The notes beneath the pieces are model-generated. The model saw nothing but the letters and a program-made list of their open reading frames with translations, had not been told where the DNA came from and made no database searches. From Dehalococcoidia bacterium (GTDB taxonomy: Bacteria > Chloroflexota > Dehalococcoidia > Lucifugimonadales > UBA3495), in contig OY763072.1 of NCBI GenBank assembly GCA_963666865.1, positions 2,647,356-2,711,355 of the forward strand: a stretch of 64,000 nucleotides of DNA, in the 5' to 3' direction. Both the position numbers and the translations under genes were made by a program. The first letter of the stretch is position 1. Every line of letters begins with the position of its first letter. This document shows, one piece after another, positions 1 through 8,907 of this stretch.

Positions 1-612
1 GGTGGCTGGCGAGGATGACCGTGCGCTGACCGTTGTTGGACAAGTTGCGGATCAGTTCGCGCACTTCCACAATGCCGGCCGGGTCCAGCCCGTTGGTGGG
101 TTCGTCCAGGATGAGCAGGGAGGGGTTGCCAAGAAGGGTTGCGGCGATGCCCAGCCGCTGTTTCATTCCCGTGGAGCAGGCCCGAAACTTGCGTCGGCTC
201 GCGTCTCCATCCAGGCCGACGGTGGCCAGCAGATCGTCAATCTCAGCATCGCCTCCGTCGGATGCGTAAACGCCCTGCAGGCACTTCAGGTTGTCCCGGC
301 AGGACAGGTAGGGCCAAAAGATGGGCCGCTCGATCAACGTCCCCACGTCCGATAGCGCCGTTCGCTGGCCGTCAACACCGCTTTTATCCAACAGGGTTAT
401 CGCGCCGGCTGTCGGATTTATGAAGCCGGCCAGCATGGAGAGCATAGTCGTCTTGCCGGAACCGTTGGGACCCAACAGCCCGAACACGCCTCCCGCCGGG
501 ATCGCCAGGCTGACGTCGTCAACCGCAATAACGCGACCGAACCGCTTGGTCAGACCGGAGACGATGACGGCGAACGCGCCGTCGCCGGGACCAGTTGCCG
601 AGTTGCTCGCCA
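1..612 (-). CDS. ABC transporter ATP-binding protein, N-terminal part (gene runs off window start)
   Basis: Reverse translation from ATG (612-610) reads MASNSATGPGDGAFAVIVSGLTKRFGRVIAVDDVSLAIPAGGVFGLLGPNGSGKTTMLSMLAGF, with Walker A motif GPNGSGKT. The listed + strand ORFs here are GC-rich antisense shadows. Confidence 0.85.
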
Positions 613-779
613 TAACAGTGCGCTAGAGCGCGTGAACAAACTGAACCCATACCAGGAAACCGGATGCCGGCCGGTAGATGACGGAGGATCCGGAAATGTT
701 TTCCTGAGCTGACGTTATTAGGAACACTCTGAGCGTCTGGGCGGTCAGTTGCGGCCGTCTTGACTGGCTCATTTCTTAA

Positions 780-1064
780 CTAAAGGCGTAGCACATTCGT
801 CGGTATCAAGCGTCCGGCCACGGGATCCACTGCCAGGAGGGCCTCCTCCAGCGAGACCACGCCCAGCAGGCTCGGTTCACCTTTTTCCGCTAATATCACC
901 GGCGTGGGGAATTCCTGTCCCTCGAGTCTTATGATGGTTCTTCCGATGTCGACTTGAGCGCGGCTTCCGTCTCCCAGCTCAGACTGGGCTGAACGCAGTA
1001 CCGGCACTGCCAGCCTCCGCAGCATTCCTCTGGGCACTGCCGTAAACGTTGCGCCGGTGTCCAC
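780..1064 (-). CDS. retropepsin-like (clan AA) aspartic protease domain protein, possibly frameshifted at the 5' end
   Basis: VDTGATFTAVP active-site-like motif right at the GTG start. An upstream ATG (1137) opens MGTVKVTI in another frame. The protease frame continues upstream (EFGDPLGRRFENLEVT) to a TAG with no start codon. Confidence 0.5.
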   Translation of the reverse strand: MDTGATFTAVPRGMLRRLAVPVLRSAQSELGDGSRAQVDIGRTIIRLEGQEFPTPVILAEKGEPSLLGVVSLEEALLAVDPVAGRLIPTNVLRL

Positions 1065-1185
1065 TGTGACCTCCAGGTTCTCGAACCGGCGGCCCAGTGG
1101 GTCTCCAAACTCCTATGGTGACCTTCACTGTTCCCATTGCATTTCTCCGACCACGCGTCCAGCGCTGGCATTTTGTCCACACGCC

Positions 1186-2403
1186 CTAGGCTAACACGTC
1201 AAAGCCGTAGCCGGCGTGGTTCAGAGCGCCCTCGGCGAACCGGGAGAAGCGCAAGGGGGTGATGTCCATGGTGGTGGCCGTGCCGCTGCCGATAAGCTCC
1301 GCCATCAGCACGCCCACCATGGGCGACAGCTTGAAGCCGTGGCCGCTGAAACCACTGCAAAGGTAGAGGCCGTCAACCCCGTCGATGCGATCCATGACGG
1401 GATGGGAGTCTGGGGTGTTGGTGTAGAGGCCGGCGTATCCTGTTGCCAGCTCGGCATCTGCGATGGGCGGGATGCGCCGGGCGAGACGCTGCCAAACGTC
1501 CGCGATGAACGCCGGGCTGGCCCGCTGGGCGTACACCTCCGGGTCATCCACCACGTCGGAGTGGTTGCCGTTGCCCACCAGGGTCAGATCCTGTCCTTCG
1601 GGGCGGAAGTAGATGCGATTGCCGATGTCTGCTCCGCCCGGGTGGTGTGGCACCAGGTCCAGGGGTCGGCGGAAGTGCAGCACCTCGTGGCGGGTGGCGA
1701 TCATGGGCACATCGATGCCGTGGGGCGCGAGGAACCGGGCCGTCCAGGGGCCGGTGGCGACCACGGCTATGCCGGTTTCGATACGCTCACCGCCGGCGGT
1801 GCGTACTGCCACCACCCGGCTGCCGTGTCTGGTCGTGGAATACGGGCTGGTCTCGATGGCCGCCGCCGGCGTCTGCAAACGGATGGTGACGCCTTCACTT
1901 CGGGCGCGAGTGGCATAAGCGTAAGCGGTGCCCGAAGCGTCGGCATGGCCGGAGTAGGGCTCGTAGGCAATGGCGGCGGCGTCATCCACCGCGAAACCGG
2001 GAGCCAACTCCGCCGCGTCGCCGGCGCTGATGATGTCGGTAATCACCCCCACCGACTGCTGGGTGGCGATGTTGGAACGGAAGGAAGGGAGATCCTCTTC
2101 GCCGGCGAACACCAGATAGCCGGTACGGGTGTAGCCGCACTCGCCACCGATGATGTCCTCAAAGTTGCGGAAAATCTGCAAACTCCGCCAGGCCAGCTCC
2201 GCGTTGACGGCGGTGGAGTAGTGCATACGGATGGCCGCGCTGCTGCGCCCGGTGGAGCCGCTGCCCAGGGTGTCGCGCTCCAGCAGGACGATGCGGCGCA
2301 GGCCGTGGTCGGCAACGGTCAGCGCCAGGTTGCAGGCGATGCTGCACCCCATCACGCCGCCCCCAATGATGACGACATCGGCGGTTTCGGTTGCGTTGGT
2401 CAT
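1186..2403 (-). CDS. FAD-dependent oxidoreductase (DAO / sarcosine oxidase beta-like)
   Basis: 405-aa ORF. N-terminal dinucleotide fold DVVIIGGGVMGCSIACNLA and a C-terminal SGHGFKLSP motif typical of the DAO family. Confidence 0.8.
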   Translation of the reverse strand: MTNATETADVVIIGGGVMGCSIACNLALTVADHGLRRIVLLERDTLGSGSTGRSSAAIRMHYSTAVNAELAWRSLQIFRNFEDIIGGECGYTRTGYLVFAGEEDLPSFRSNIATQQSVGVITDIISAGDAAELAPGFAVDDAAAIAYEPYSGHADASGTAYAYATRARSEGVTIRLQTPAAAIETSPYSTTRHGSRVVAVRTAGGERIETGIAVVATGPWTARFLAPHGIDVPMIATRHEVLHFRRPLDLVPHHPGGADIGNRIYFRPEGQDLTLVGNGNHSDVVDDPEVYAQRASPAFIADVWQRLARRIPPIADAELATGYAGLYTNTPDSHPVMDRIDGVDGLYLCSGFSGHGFKLSPMVGVLMAELIGSGTATTMDITPLRFSRFAEGALNHAGYGFDVLA

Positions 2404-2891
2404 GAAGCGGTTAGTTCCGGTGGGAAGAGTTCTTGCAGCAGGTCAATTGCCGAGACCACCCCGTCCGCCCTGCGTACCACAGTTTCAGCGGGCAGGTCGT
2501 TTTCATAAAAGTGAATGTGCATACTGTGGGCCGAGTTTGATCCATTGTCCAAAACGGCGCTAGCAACCGGGTCATCTAGAGAGACCAGAGATACAAGACG
2601 CTCGGAGACACGCAGGATGTTGGTATGACTGCGGACGCGGAGTCGATGTTCAGCGGCGATCGCCTTGATAGCCTGGGCATACGATCCCCAGGATTTCTCG
2701 GCTGCCTGACGATAATCGCCATCTGCCAAGCTTTTCTGGACGTGCTCACGATAATGTGCCAGATTCTCACGATAAGTATCAGCCAGTTCTGACGCTTCAG
2801 GCGAGGATAGAAACACATCAGAGCGGTTGGGCAGGCCGGCGCGGATGGCCTCCGCTACTTGCTGCTGGGTGAAATTCGACTGATTCGCCAA
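2400..2891 (-). CDS. PaREP1-like (HEPN-superfamily) protein
   Basis: 163 aa. GDYRQAAEKSWGSYAQAIKAIAAEHRLRVRSH ... AHSMHIHFYENDL matches the PaREP1 pattern as I remember it. AT-richer than its neighbours. Its stop overlaps the downstream oxidoreductase start (ATGA). Confidence 0.5.
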   Translation of the reverse strand: MANQSNFTQQQVAEAIRAGLPNRSDVFLSSPEASELADTYRENLAHYREHVQKSLADGDYRQAAEKSWGSYAQAIKAIAAEHRLRVRSHTNILRVSERLVSLVSLDDPVASAVLDNGSNSAHSMHIHFYENDLPAETVVRRADGVVSAIDLLQELFPPELTAS

Positions 2892-2946
2892 AGCGACGTT
2901 CTCACTGGTCTTTTACGGAATCATAACACGATTGGATGTTGTGAAA

Positions 2947-3399
2947 TCATCCACGCTCTTTCGCCCGCCGCACTTGGAAGGTGCTGCCTTTCTGCTTACG
3001 CATCCAGCGGAGGAAGTCAGTCACGCGTGGGTTGGCCCGCAGCAACTCCACGCTGTACAACTCCTCGGCCAAGGTCGTGACGGAAAACATGGCGTGAACC
3101 TGGCGGTGGCAGGTGGGACAGAGCAAAGCGGTCGGCCCGTGATTACCGCCTCGCGCCCGGGGCACCAGGTGATGCACGGTGAACCGCTCGACGGCCCTTT
3201 CGCACAATTCGCAGATACCGGCGTCCGCGCTGGCGCGCCGGCGACGTCGGTCGTGGGCTTCCTCGGGATGAAGTGGGGCGGAGTCGTTTGTATCGGCGGA
3301 CCGTCGCTTGCGCCCGCCTCGGGAACGGGTGCGGGCGGGACGCTTAGCCACGGCTGCGGGGGTCGGAGGTGTCCAGGAAACGCCAGCCGGGGAGGTCAA
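2947..3399 (-). CDS. HNH endonuclease
   Basis: CELCERAVERFTVHHLVPRARGGNHGPTALLCPTCHRQVH is an HNH / Cys4 zinc motif. Arg-rich N-terminus. The start is uncertain (TTG 3399 or GTG 3351). Confidence 0.7.
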   Translation of the reverse strand: MTSPAGVSWTPPTPAAVAKRPARTRSRGGRKRRSADTNDSAPLHPEEAHDRRRRRASADAGICELCERAVERFTVHHLVPRARGGNHGPTALLCPTCHRQVHAMFSVTTLAEELYSVELLRANPRVTDFLRWMRKQKGSTFQVRRAKERG

Positions 3400-3832
3400 T
3401 CTGCCACTGGGCGTCTTCCAGCAACATGGGGATCATCAGCCCGGACATGAGCCGACTGTGCTGCACCACCGTCTCATCCTTGACGCCGAAGGGCAGAAAG
3501 ACGAAGGCGTGCTCGTCGTCCACGTAGCGGGTGGGCGCGGCAGCCAACTCGGACAGGTCTTCCAGGGGCCAGAGGCGCAGGACGGTGGTGCGAAAATCGT
3601 CCATCATGGAATCGCGCATGGGGTGGTTGACATCGTAAGCGGCACGGTAGGCCACCTGCATATCGATGTTGAGACGGGTAGCCCAGACCCCCATGCGCAT
3701 CCCCCGGGTTTCCTTGGAGAGCATGGACCAAGCCAGGTCCATGTCGCCATCGCGGATGGCCTCGGCGAACAGGCCGGCGCGTTGTCCAACCTCGTCGGGT
3801 TCGTGGCTGCGGCGTTGTCCGGGCATTCGCAT
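3344..3832 (-). CDS. hypothetical protein
   Basis: 162-aa ORF with coding-like composition. No motif I can assign. Confidence 0.45.
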   Translation of the reverse strand: MRMPGQRRSHEPDEVGQRAGLFAEAIRDGDMDLAWSMLSKETRGMRMGVWATRLNIDMQVAYRAAYDVNHPMRDSMMDDFRTTVLRLWPLEDLSELAAAPTRYVDDEHAFVFLPFGVKDETVVQHSRLMSGLMIPMLLEDAQWQIDLPGWRFLDTSDPRSRG

Positions 3833-3877
3833 GATGAGTGTCCATTTTCCAAGTGTTCCGGGACCAATCGGGGAAGC

Positions 3878-5650
3878 CTAGTATCCCACCGCGTACCCAT
3901 CATAGCGGGGGTCCGCCGCTCCATGCAGCGCTCCCGTTTCCGGGTCGATGTACAGGGCCATTTCCCGGCCGGTTACGCCGTCCCAGGCGTCCAGCTCCTG
4001 AACCGGGTGGCCCATGGCCCGCAGTTGGCGCATCGCCGCCGGGTCGAAACGCCTCTCCATCAGCAACGTATCTTCGGCGGTATGTGGGATGGTGGATTCG
4101 GTGCCGTCGCCCACGTGTTTCCACCGGGGGGCTTCCACTGCTTCCTGCACCGTCATGCCGTGGTCAACCAGGTTGGTGATGACCTGCATATTGCTCTGCA
4201 CCTGGCAGTCGGCGCCGGGCGTGCCCAGGACGTAGGCCAGGCGTCGCGCCGGGACGGCGCTGCCGTTGCCGCCGGTTTGTGACGAATCAGCCGCGCGGCG
4301 AAACACCATAACCGGGTTCATGGTGTGGCGCACCCGCTTGCCCGGCTGGAGGCAGTCCACATGGTCGGGATCAAGATGCCAATAGGTCATCCGGTTGTTG
4401 AGCAGGATGCCGGTATCCCCAGCCACCAGCGACGAACCCCAGCCGCTCTGGATGCTCTGCAACTGACAGACGGCGTTGCCGTCCCGGTCGGCCACCACGA
4501 AGCAGGTGGTGTCCTCTTCCTCCGTGCGCGGGCCGCGGCGGCGCGCGCCCACCCCCGCCGGGGCCCGGCGCGGCGCCGGGGTTTGGTGGCGCCATGGGTT
4601 GCCGGCGCCCACGTTTTGAGAGGCGTGCTCCCGGTCGATGGCGGCGGCCCGCTCCGCAGCGTATTCCGCGGACAACATACCGGCCAGCGGCACGTCAATG
4701 TAGTCGGGGTCGGCAACGTAGGTTTCCCGGTCGGCGAAGGCCATCTTCTTGGCTTCCACCATCAGGTGGATGGACTCCGGTGAACCGAAACCCATGCCGG
4801 CCATGTCGTACTGCCGGATGACGTTGAGTTCCTGCAGCAGGATGTGGCCGCTGGAATTGGGCGGCGCTTCATAAACGGTGTAGTCGCCGTAGTCGGTGGA
4901 GATGGGCTCCTGCCAGCGGGCGGAGCAATCGTTCAGGTCGGCCATGGTGAGCAGCCCACCCTGTTCCCCGCTGAAACGGACGATAGCCTCGCCGACTGCG
5001 CCCCGGTAGAAAACGTCGCGGCCATGCTCGGCGATGGTGGACAGGGTGCGGGCCAGGTTGCTCTGGCGCAGGATATCGCCGGCGCGCAACGGTTCGCCGG
5101 AGCCGTTCCGGGTGAAGATGGCGCGGCTGGTGGGAAACTCGCACAGCAGCGAGTCTCCCGCGATTGCCGACGCCAGGTAGTGCGTGACCGGAAATCCGTC
5201 ATCGGCCAGCGCGATGGCCGGGGCCAATACGTCGGACAGAGGCAGCGATCCATAGGCTCCGTGGACGTCCAGCCACGCGTTGAGGATGCCGGGCACCGAG
5301 ACACTGAGGATGCCTTTCATTGGGATGCCGTCGCGATACCGGCCCAGCGTAGCGGCGTATGGAGCGGCGCCGGTGCCGTTGCAGACCCGCAGGCTGTCGC
5401 GACCGGTAATGGGATCGTAGGCGCGATAGGTCATGATGAACCCGTCGCCGCCGATGCCGGACATGAGCGGCTCGACCACGTTGAGAGCGGCGGCAGTGGC
5501 GATGGCGGCGTCAACCGCGTTACCGCCCTTTTGCAGAATGGAAATGCCGGCCTGAGCGGCTAATGGATGGCCGGCGCAGACCATACCGTTGCGTCCCATT
5601 ATCACGGGACGATGGGCCGAATAACGGATACCGTGGGGTGTAGCGGACAT
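3878..5650 (-). CDS. ggt: gamma-glutamyltransferase family protein
   Basis: 590 aa. GGNAVDAAIATAAALNVVEPLMSGIGGDGF, and the autoprocessing Thr context EEDTTCFVVADRDGNAV. Confidence 0.88.
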   Translation of the reverse strand: MSATPHGIRYSAHRPVIMGRNGMVCAGHPLAAQAGISILQKGGNAVDAAIATAAALNVVEPLMSGIGGDGFIMTYRAYDPITGRDSLRVCNGTGAAPYAATLGRYRDGIPMKGILSVSVPGILNAWLDVHGAYGSLPLSDVLAPAIALADDGFPVTHYLASAIAGDSLLCEFPTSRAIFTRNGSGEPLRAGDILRQSNLARTLSTIAEHGRDVFYRGAVGEAIVRFSGEQGGLLTMADLNDCSARWQEPISTDYGDYTVYEAPPNSSGHILLQELNVIRQYDMAGMGFGSPESIHLMVEAKKMAFADRETYVADPDYIDVPLAGMLSAEYAAERAAAIDREHASQNVGAGNPWRHQTPAPRRAPAGVGARRRGPRTEEEDTTCFVVADRDGNAVCQLQSIQSGWGSSLVAGDTGILLNNRMTYWHLDPDHVDCLQPGKRVRHTMNPVMVFRRAADSSQTGGNGSAVPARRLAYVLGTPGADCQVQSNMQVITNLVDHGMTVQEAVEAPRWKHVGDGTESTIPHTAEDTLLMERRFDPAAMRQLRAMGHPVQELDAWDGVTGREMALYIDPETGALHGAADPRYDGYAVGY

Positions 5651-5687
5651 TTAGCCGGTGCTCCTTTAGCGGCCGTGTCAGCCACCA

Positions 5688-6509
5688 TCAGCGCTCGCTC
5701 ATCAAATCGGCCGGGGCGTTTATGGATGATAGCATCGCCACCGAAACTCCGCCCTTGGACAGGAAGGCCTGCTGGTCCGGCGTGAATTCACCGCCGGCGC
5801 TCCGCAACGTATTGATGAGGGTATCAGTGCCAATACTGAGCATCGAAGAAGGTTCGTGGAGCACATTGTCGAGGTTTTTGGCGCCGCCGAGGTCCAGCGC
5901 GGCGAAAATGGTGTCGTGGACAAAGGCTTCGTTCAGGTCGGTGTTTTCCAGCGCTGCCAGGTTGAAATTGGCGTGAGCCAGATTGGAGCGTGACAAGTTG
6001 GCTTCAGTGAGCACCGTTTTGTAAAAAGTGGAATTGGAAAGGTTTGCCGACTGCATGTCTGCCCAGGTGAGGTTCGCTTCGGAAAAATCTGCGTAGTGGC
6101 AGTAGGTTCCCCGAAGTACTGCCCAGCCCAAGTCGGCGCCACGCAAGTTGATCTGGCTCAGATCAGCCGTAGTCAGGTTGGCTCCCTGCAGTTGAGCTCC
6201 GGCCATATTGGTCAGCCGCAGTGTGGCTCCGTGCAATATTGCGCCGCGCAGATCAGCGTCCTGGAAGTTGGCGCCAGTAAGGTCGCAGGAATTCAGGTCG
6301 GCGCCGCGCAGGTCAGCGCCGGCAAAGTCGGACCCGCTGAAATCCAGGTTGTCCAGATTGCTCCATGTTAGATCTTTTTCCCGCAACTGCGAGTTGGCGA
6401 AGGATGTGCTGGAAAGGTCCTTGGTCGCTCGCAATTCGTTCCAGGAAGCTACATCGCGCCTTAGCAGGTTCAAGCCGCGCTCTGTGGAGATCTTGCGCCA
6501 AAGGTTCAT
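5688..6509 (-). CDS. pentapeptide repeat protein
   Basis: Long run of A(D/N)LxG pentapeptides (ADLRGADLNSCDLTGANFQDADLRGAIL...). Start set at ATG 6509, which is preceded by AGGAG. Confidence 0.85.
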   Translation of the reverse strand: MNLWRKISTERGLNLLRRDVASWNELRATKDLSSTSFANSQLREKDLTWSNLDNLDFSGSDFAGADLRGADLNSCDLTGANFQDADLRGAILHGATLRLTNMAGAQLQGANLTTADLSQINLRGADLGWAVLRGTYCHYADFSEANLTWADMQSANLSNSTFYKTVLTEANLSRSNLAHANFNLAALENTDLNEAFVHDTIFAALDLGGAKNLDNVLHEPSSMLSIGTDTLINTLRSAGGEFTPDQQAFLSKGGVSVAMLSSINAPADLMSER

Positions 6510-6600
6510 AACCGAACTCCTAATTGAGCTACGGCACAATGATGACAACTTCGCAGTCGATTAATCAACAGCGGGTATCCACGGCGTTAAGGTTTAACGC

Positions 6601-6634
6601 ATTCGCCCCGGCAAACAGACAAGCCGGGGCGAAT
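6601..6634. terminator. 12-bp stem hairpin ATTCGCCCCGGC / GCCGGGGCGAAT downstream of the HesB-like gene
   Basis: Perfect inverted repeat read directly. It shares the GGGGCGAAT arm with the palindromes at 13686 and 46366. No clear U-tract. Confidence 0.45.
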
Positions 6635-6705
6635 GGTTGCGTTTCCCGGTCGCGCAGTCAGAGGCGCGAACAACGCGGTGCAATTGTGTTGCTCTTCGCC
6701 TGGGA

Positions 6706-7083
6706 TTAGTGCCCTCCGCAACCGCCGCCGCAGCCACCACCACCGCAGCCACAGCCGCCACCACCGCAGCCGCAGCCGCCTCCGCCGCAACCACCGCCGG
6801 CGTACATGGGGTTGTTGATGACGAACCCGACCCGTCCGCCGAACTCTTCCACGTAGTCGATGGTCGCCTCCTCCAGGAACGGGGCGCTGTCAGAGTCCAG
6901 CAGGAACTCCATGCCGTCCATTCGCAAAACGGTATCGTCCGGCTGGTGCTCCTTTTCCATAGTCAGCATATACTGCAGACCGTGTCCTGCCGGCATGGCA
7001 ACCACCCTGAGGGCGGAGCTGGCTTCGTCCTCGGCATCCATGACTTCCTTGAGTTTTTCAATGGCTAGGGGGGTAACGTTCAT
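6706..7083 (-). CDS. HesB/IscA-like protein with a Gly/Cys-repeat C-terminal tail
   Basis: MNVTPLAIEKLKEVM...RVVAMPAGHGLQYMLTMEKE...IDYVEEFGGRVGFVINNP is an IscA-like fold pattern. AGGAG lies upstream of ATG 7083. The tail is GGGCGGGGCGCGGGGCGCGGGGCGGGCGGH. Confidence 0.7.
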   Translation of the reverse strand: MNVTPLAIEKLKEVMDAEDEASSALRVVAMPAGHGLQYMLTMEKEHQPDDTVLRMDGMEFLLDSDSAPFLEEATIDYVEEFGGRVGFVINNPMYAGGGCGGGGCGCGGGGCGCGGGGCGGGCGGH

Positions 7084-7232
7084 CTTTGCTACTCCTGATT
7101 CGCTCACGTAACGAGAATACACGACCGTATTCTCGCCCTCCTTGCAGTGTCGCCAGCGTAACACGCCCAGTCTAACGCGTCAATCGCACTGAACCCCTGG
7201 TATTCTCAACACGTGCTGATTATGTAACATGA

Positions 7233-7625
7233 GTGGCACCTTGCGTCGCCAGGAGGCTGCTCATGGCCCGGCCCCGCGCGTACCAACGCGATTTCCGCTG
7301 TCCCCACTGCGGCTCCGACTGGACCCCCAAGGACGGGCGCTCTCGGGGCAAACAGACCTACCGCTGTCGCGAGTGTCATTACCGTTTCACCCCAGAGGGC
7401 AACCGGCATTACTACTCCGCGGCCGTGAAATCCCAGGCGCTGGACATGTATCAGGAAGGCACGGGCATCACCGCCATCGGCCGGGTATTGGAGGTTCAGA
7501 CGGCCACGGTCTTTTCCTGGGTCAAAAAAAGCCCACCGGGCCTGGCGGGCGGTGGGGTCGGAGACCCGGCGTCGGGCGGACCGATTGCCGTGTCAGCCAC
7601 CGGCCCGAGTGATTTCCTTCGATGA
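7233..7625 (+). CDS. insA: IS1 InsA-like protein (zinc finger plus HTH)
   Basis: CPHCGS...CRECHYRF zinc ribbon and TGITAIGRVLEVQTATVFSWVKK. An A7 tract lies at 7524-7530. Confidence 0.8.
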   Translation: MAPCVARRLLMARPRAYQRDFRCPHCGSDWTPKDGRSRGKQTYRCRECHYRFTPEGNRHYYSAAVKSQALDMYQEGTGITAIGRVLEVQTATVFSWVKKSPPGLAGGGVGDPASGGPIAVSATGPSDFLR

Positions 7626-8016
7626 GATGTGGACTTACCTGGGTGCGCGGCGCCGGGGGAAACGGCGGGAAGTGTGGATTTGGACGGTCCGCCGTAGGCG
7701 GATGGAAGAGGTCAATGGCCAGCGTTGGGGCTGCTTTACGGTGGGCAACCGCAGTGCAGCCGCCTTCTTGCGCCTCTTGGAGCAGTTGCCCGAGGCACAA
7801 CGCTATCGCAGCGACCATTACCAGGTGTACGACTTTTTGCCTCGGAACCGGCATGTGGCGGGCAAGGGCAGCGAGGTGAACCGCAACGAAGGGGTGCATT
7901 CTCAACTGCGGGACCGACTGCGACGGCTGCAACGCAAGACCAAGGGGTACACCAAGAGCCTGGCCATGCTGCGGGGTTCGGTGGCGCTGGTCTATTTGAA
8001 ATTGAACCTAATCTAA
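7552..8016 (+). CDS. insB: IS1 InsB-like transposase catalytic part
   Basis: ISFDEMWTYLG...VWIWT...NEGVHSQLRDRLRRLQRKTKGYTKS are typical IS1 InsB blocks. The frame is open from 7531 and is +1 relative to insA. Confidence 0.8.
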   Translation: MGSETRRRADRLPCQPPARVISFDEMWTYLGARRRGKRREVWIWTVRRRRMEEVNGQRWGCFTVGNRSAAAFLRLLEQLPEAQRYRSDHYQVYDFLPRNRHVAGKGSEVNRNEGVHSQLRDRLRRLQRKTKGYTKSLAMLRGSVALVYLKLNLI

Positions 8017-8089
8017 TACCAGCGCGTGTTGAGAATATCCGTCCAGGCCCCGCTTGCGCAGTAGTACCAAAAGGATGCTCCTATAGGTG

Positions 8090-8907
8090 TCAAGCCGGGT
8101 TGGTGGCCATTCTCGCGGGCGTCTCCAGGTGGAAGAATATCTCGCGGGCGACGTACCGTTTGAGGCAGCGCATGACTTCCGGTTTGCTCCTTCCCTCCCC
8201 GGTTCGACGGCGCATGTATTCTTTCGTTCGCGGGTCGCATCGAAGTCTGACGAGGACGATGCGGTGCCGCGCCGCGCCGCGTTGGCCTGGCGATCGCCAC
8301 CCCGGTTGAGCCGATGCCGATGGGTCTTGCCCGAGGAAGCCGGTATCGGACACACACCACACAGCGCGGCGAAAGCGGCCTCGGAGCGTAGGCGTTCCGG
8401 GTTGCTGCCGGCGGCAATCAGAAGGGTCGCTGCGGTGTCGGGTCCCACGCCGACGATGTTGATCAGGGTTGGAGATGCGGTGCCGATCAGTTGCGTCAGT
8501 TCGGCTTTCAGGTTGCGGATCTCCTCGCTGAGCTGATGGCGCCGGCAGGCCAGGGAACGGAGGGCGTACTTTGCCGCCGCCGTTGGATCGCTCTTACCCT
8601 TCCGATAGCGGGTCGGCCGGTCGGGACGGTTGACCACGACGACGCAATAGCCCAGACTGGTCAGGAAGCGAGCGATGCCCGCGCCGTATGAACCCGTTCC
8701 CTCGATACCGAAGGCGTGAATTGTTCCCAGGTTGCTGGACCATCGCTCGAGCTCGCGATAGCCGGATGTGGTCGCTGTCGCGTACCGCTCTCCCCGGCGG
8801 ACACCTTGCCGGTCGATTGCTACCGCCACATGCTGTTCCTGGTGAGTGTCGATCCCAATAATCACCCGCAGAGCTGCCCTATGTTGGTGATCGGTGACTT
8901 CCAGCAT
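8090..8907 (-). pseudogene. IS110-family transposase, degraded (frameshift and internal deletion)
   Basis: VIIGIDTHQEQHVAVAID...HAFGIEGTGSYGAGIARFL...GVGPDTAATLLIAAG...SSGKTHRHRLNRGGDRQANAA, after which the conserved tail HRIVLVRLRCDPRTKEYMRRRTGEGRSKPEVMRCLKRYVAREIFFHL continues in another frame (ORF 8090-8362). At about 270 aa it is short for the family. Confidence 0.75.

Larger units (their letters stand above)
7199..8040 (+). mobile_element. IS1-family insertion sequence (about 842 bp)
   Basis: Terminal inverted repeats GGTATTCTCAACACGTGCTG (7199-7218) and CCAGCGCGTGTTGAGAATATCC (8019-8040), with a 13-nt perfect core. InsA-like and InsB-like ORFs inside. No target duplication found. Confidence 0.85.

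Noticed and set aside
1216-2508. 430-aa + strand ORF. Similar long antisense ORFs occur at 31802-32848(-), 36864-37904(-), 56369-57535(-), 40867-41766(-), 3308-4282(+) and 16188-17084(+).
   Set aside because: Each is antisense to a gene with strong family motifs (FAD oxidoreductase, methyltransferase, miaA, DAHP synthase, dapL, ggt, DUF3105). All have the R/G/A/P-rich composition of GC-rich shadow frames.
6706-6800. GGN/TGC-rich low-complexity tract, considered as a tandem repeat or CRISPR-like array
   Set aside because: It has no repeat-spacer organisation. It is in frame with, and forms the C-terminal tail of, the HesB-like ORF. It is reported as a coding feature instead.
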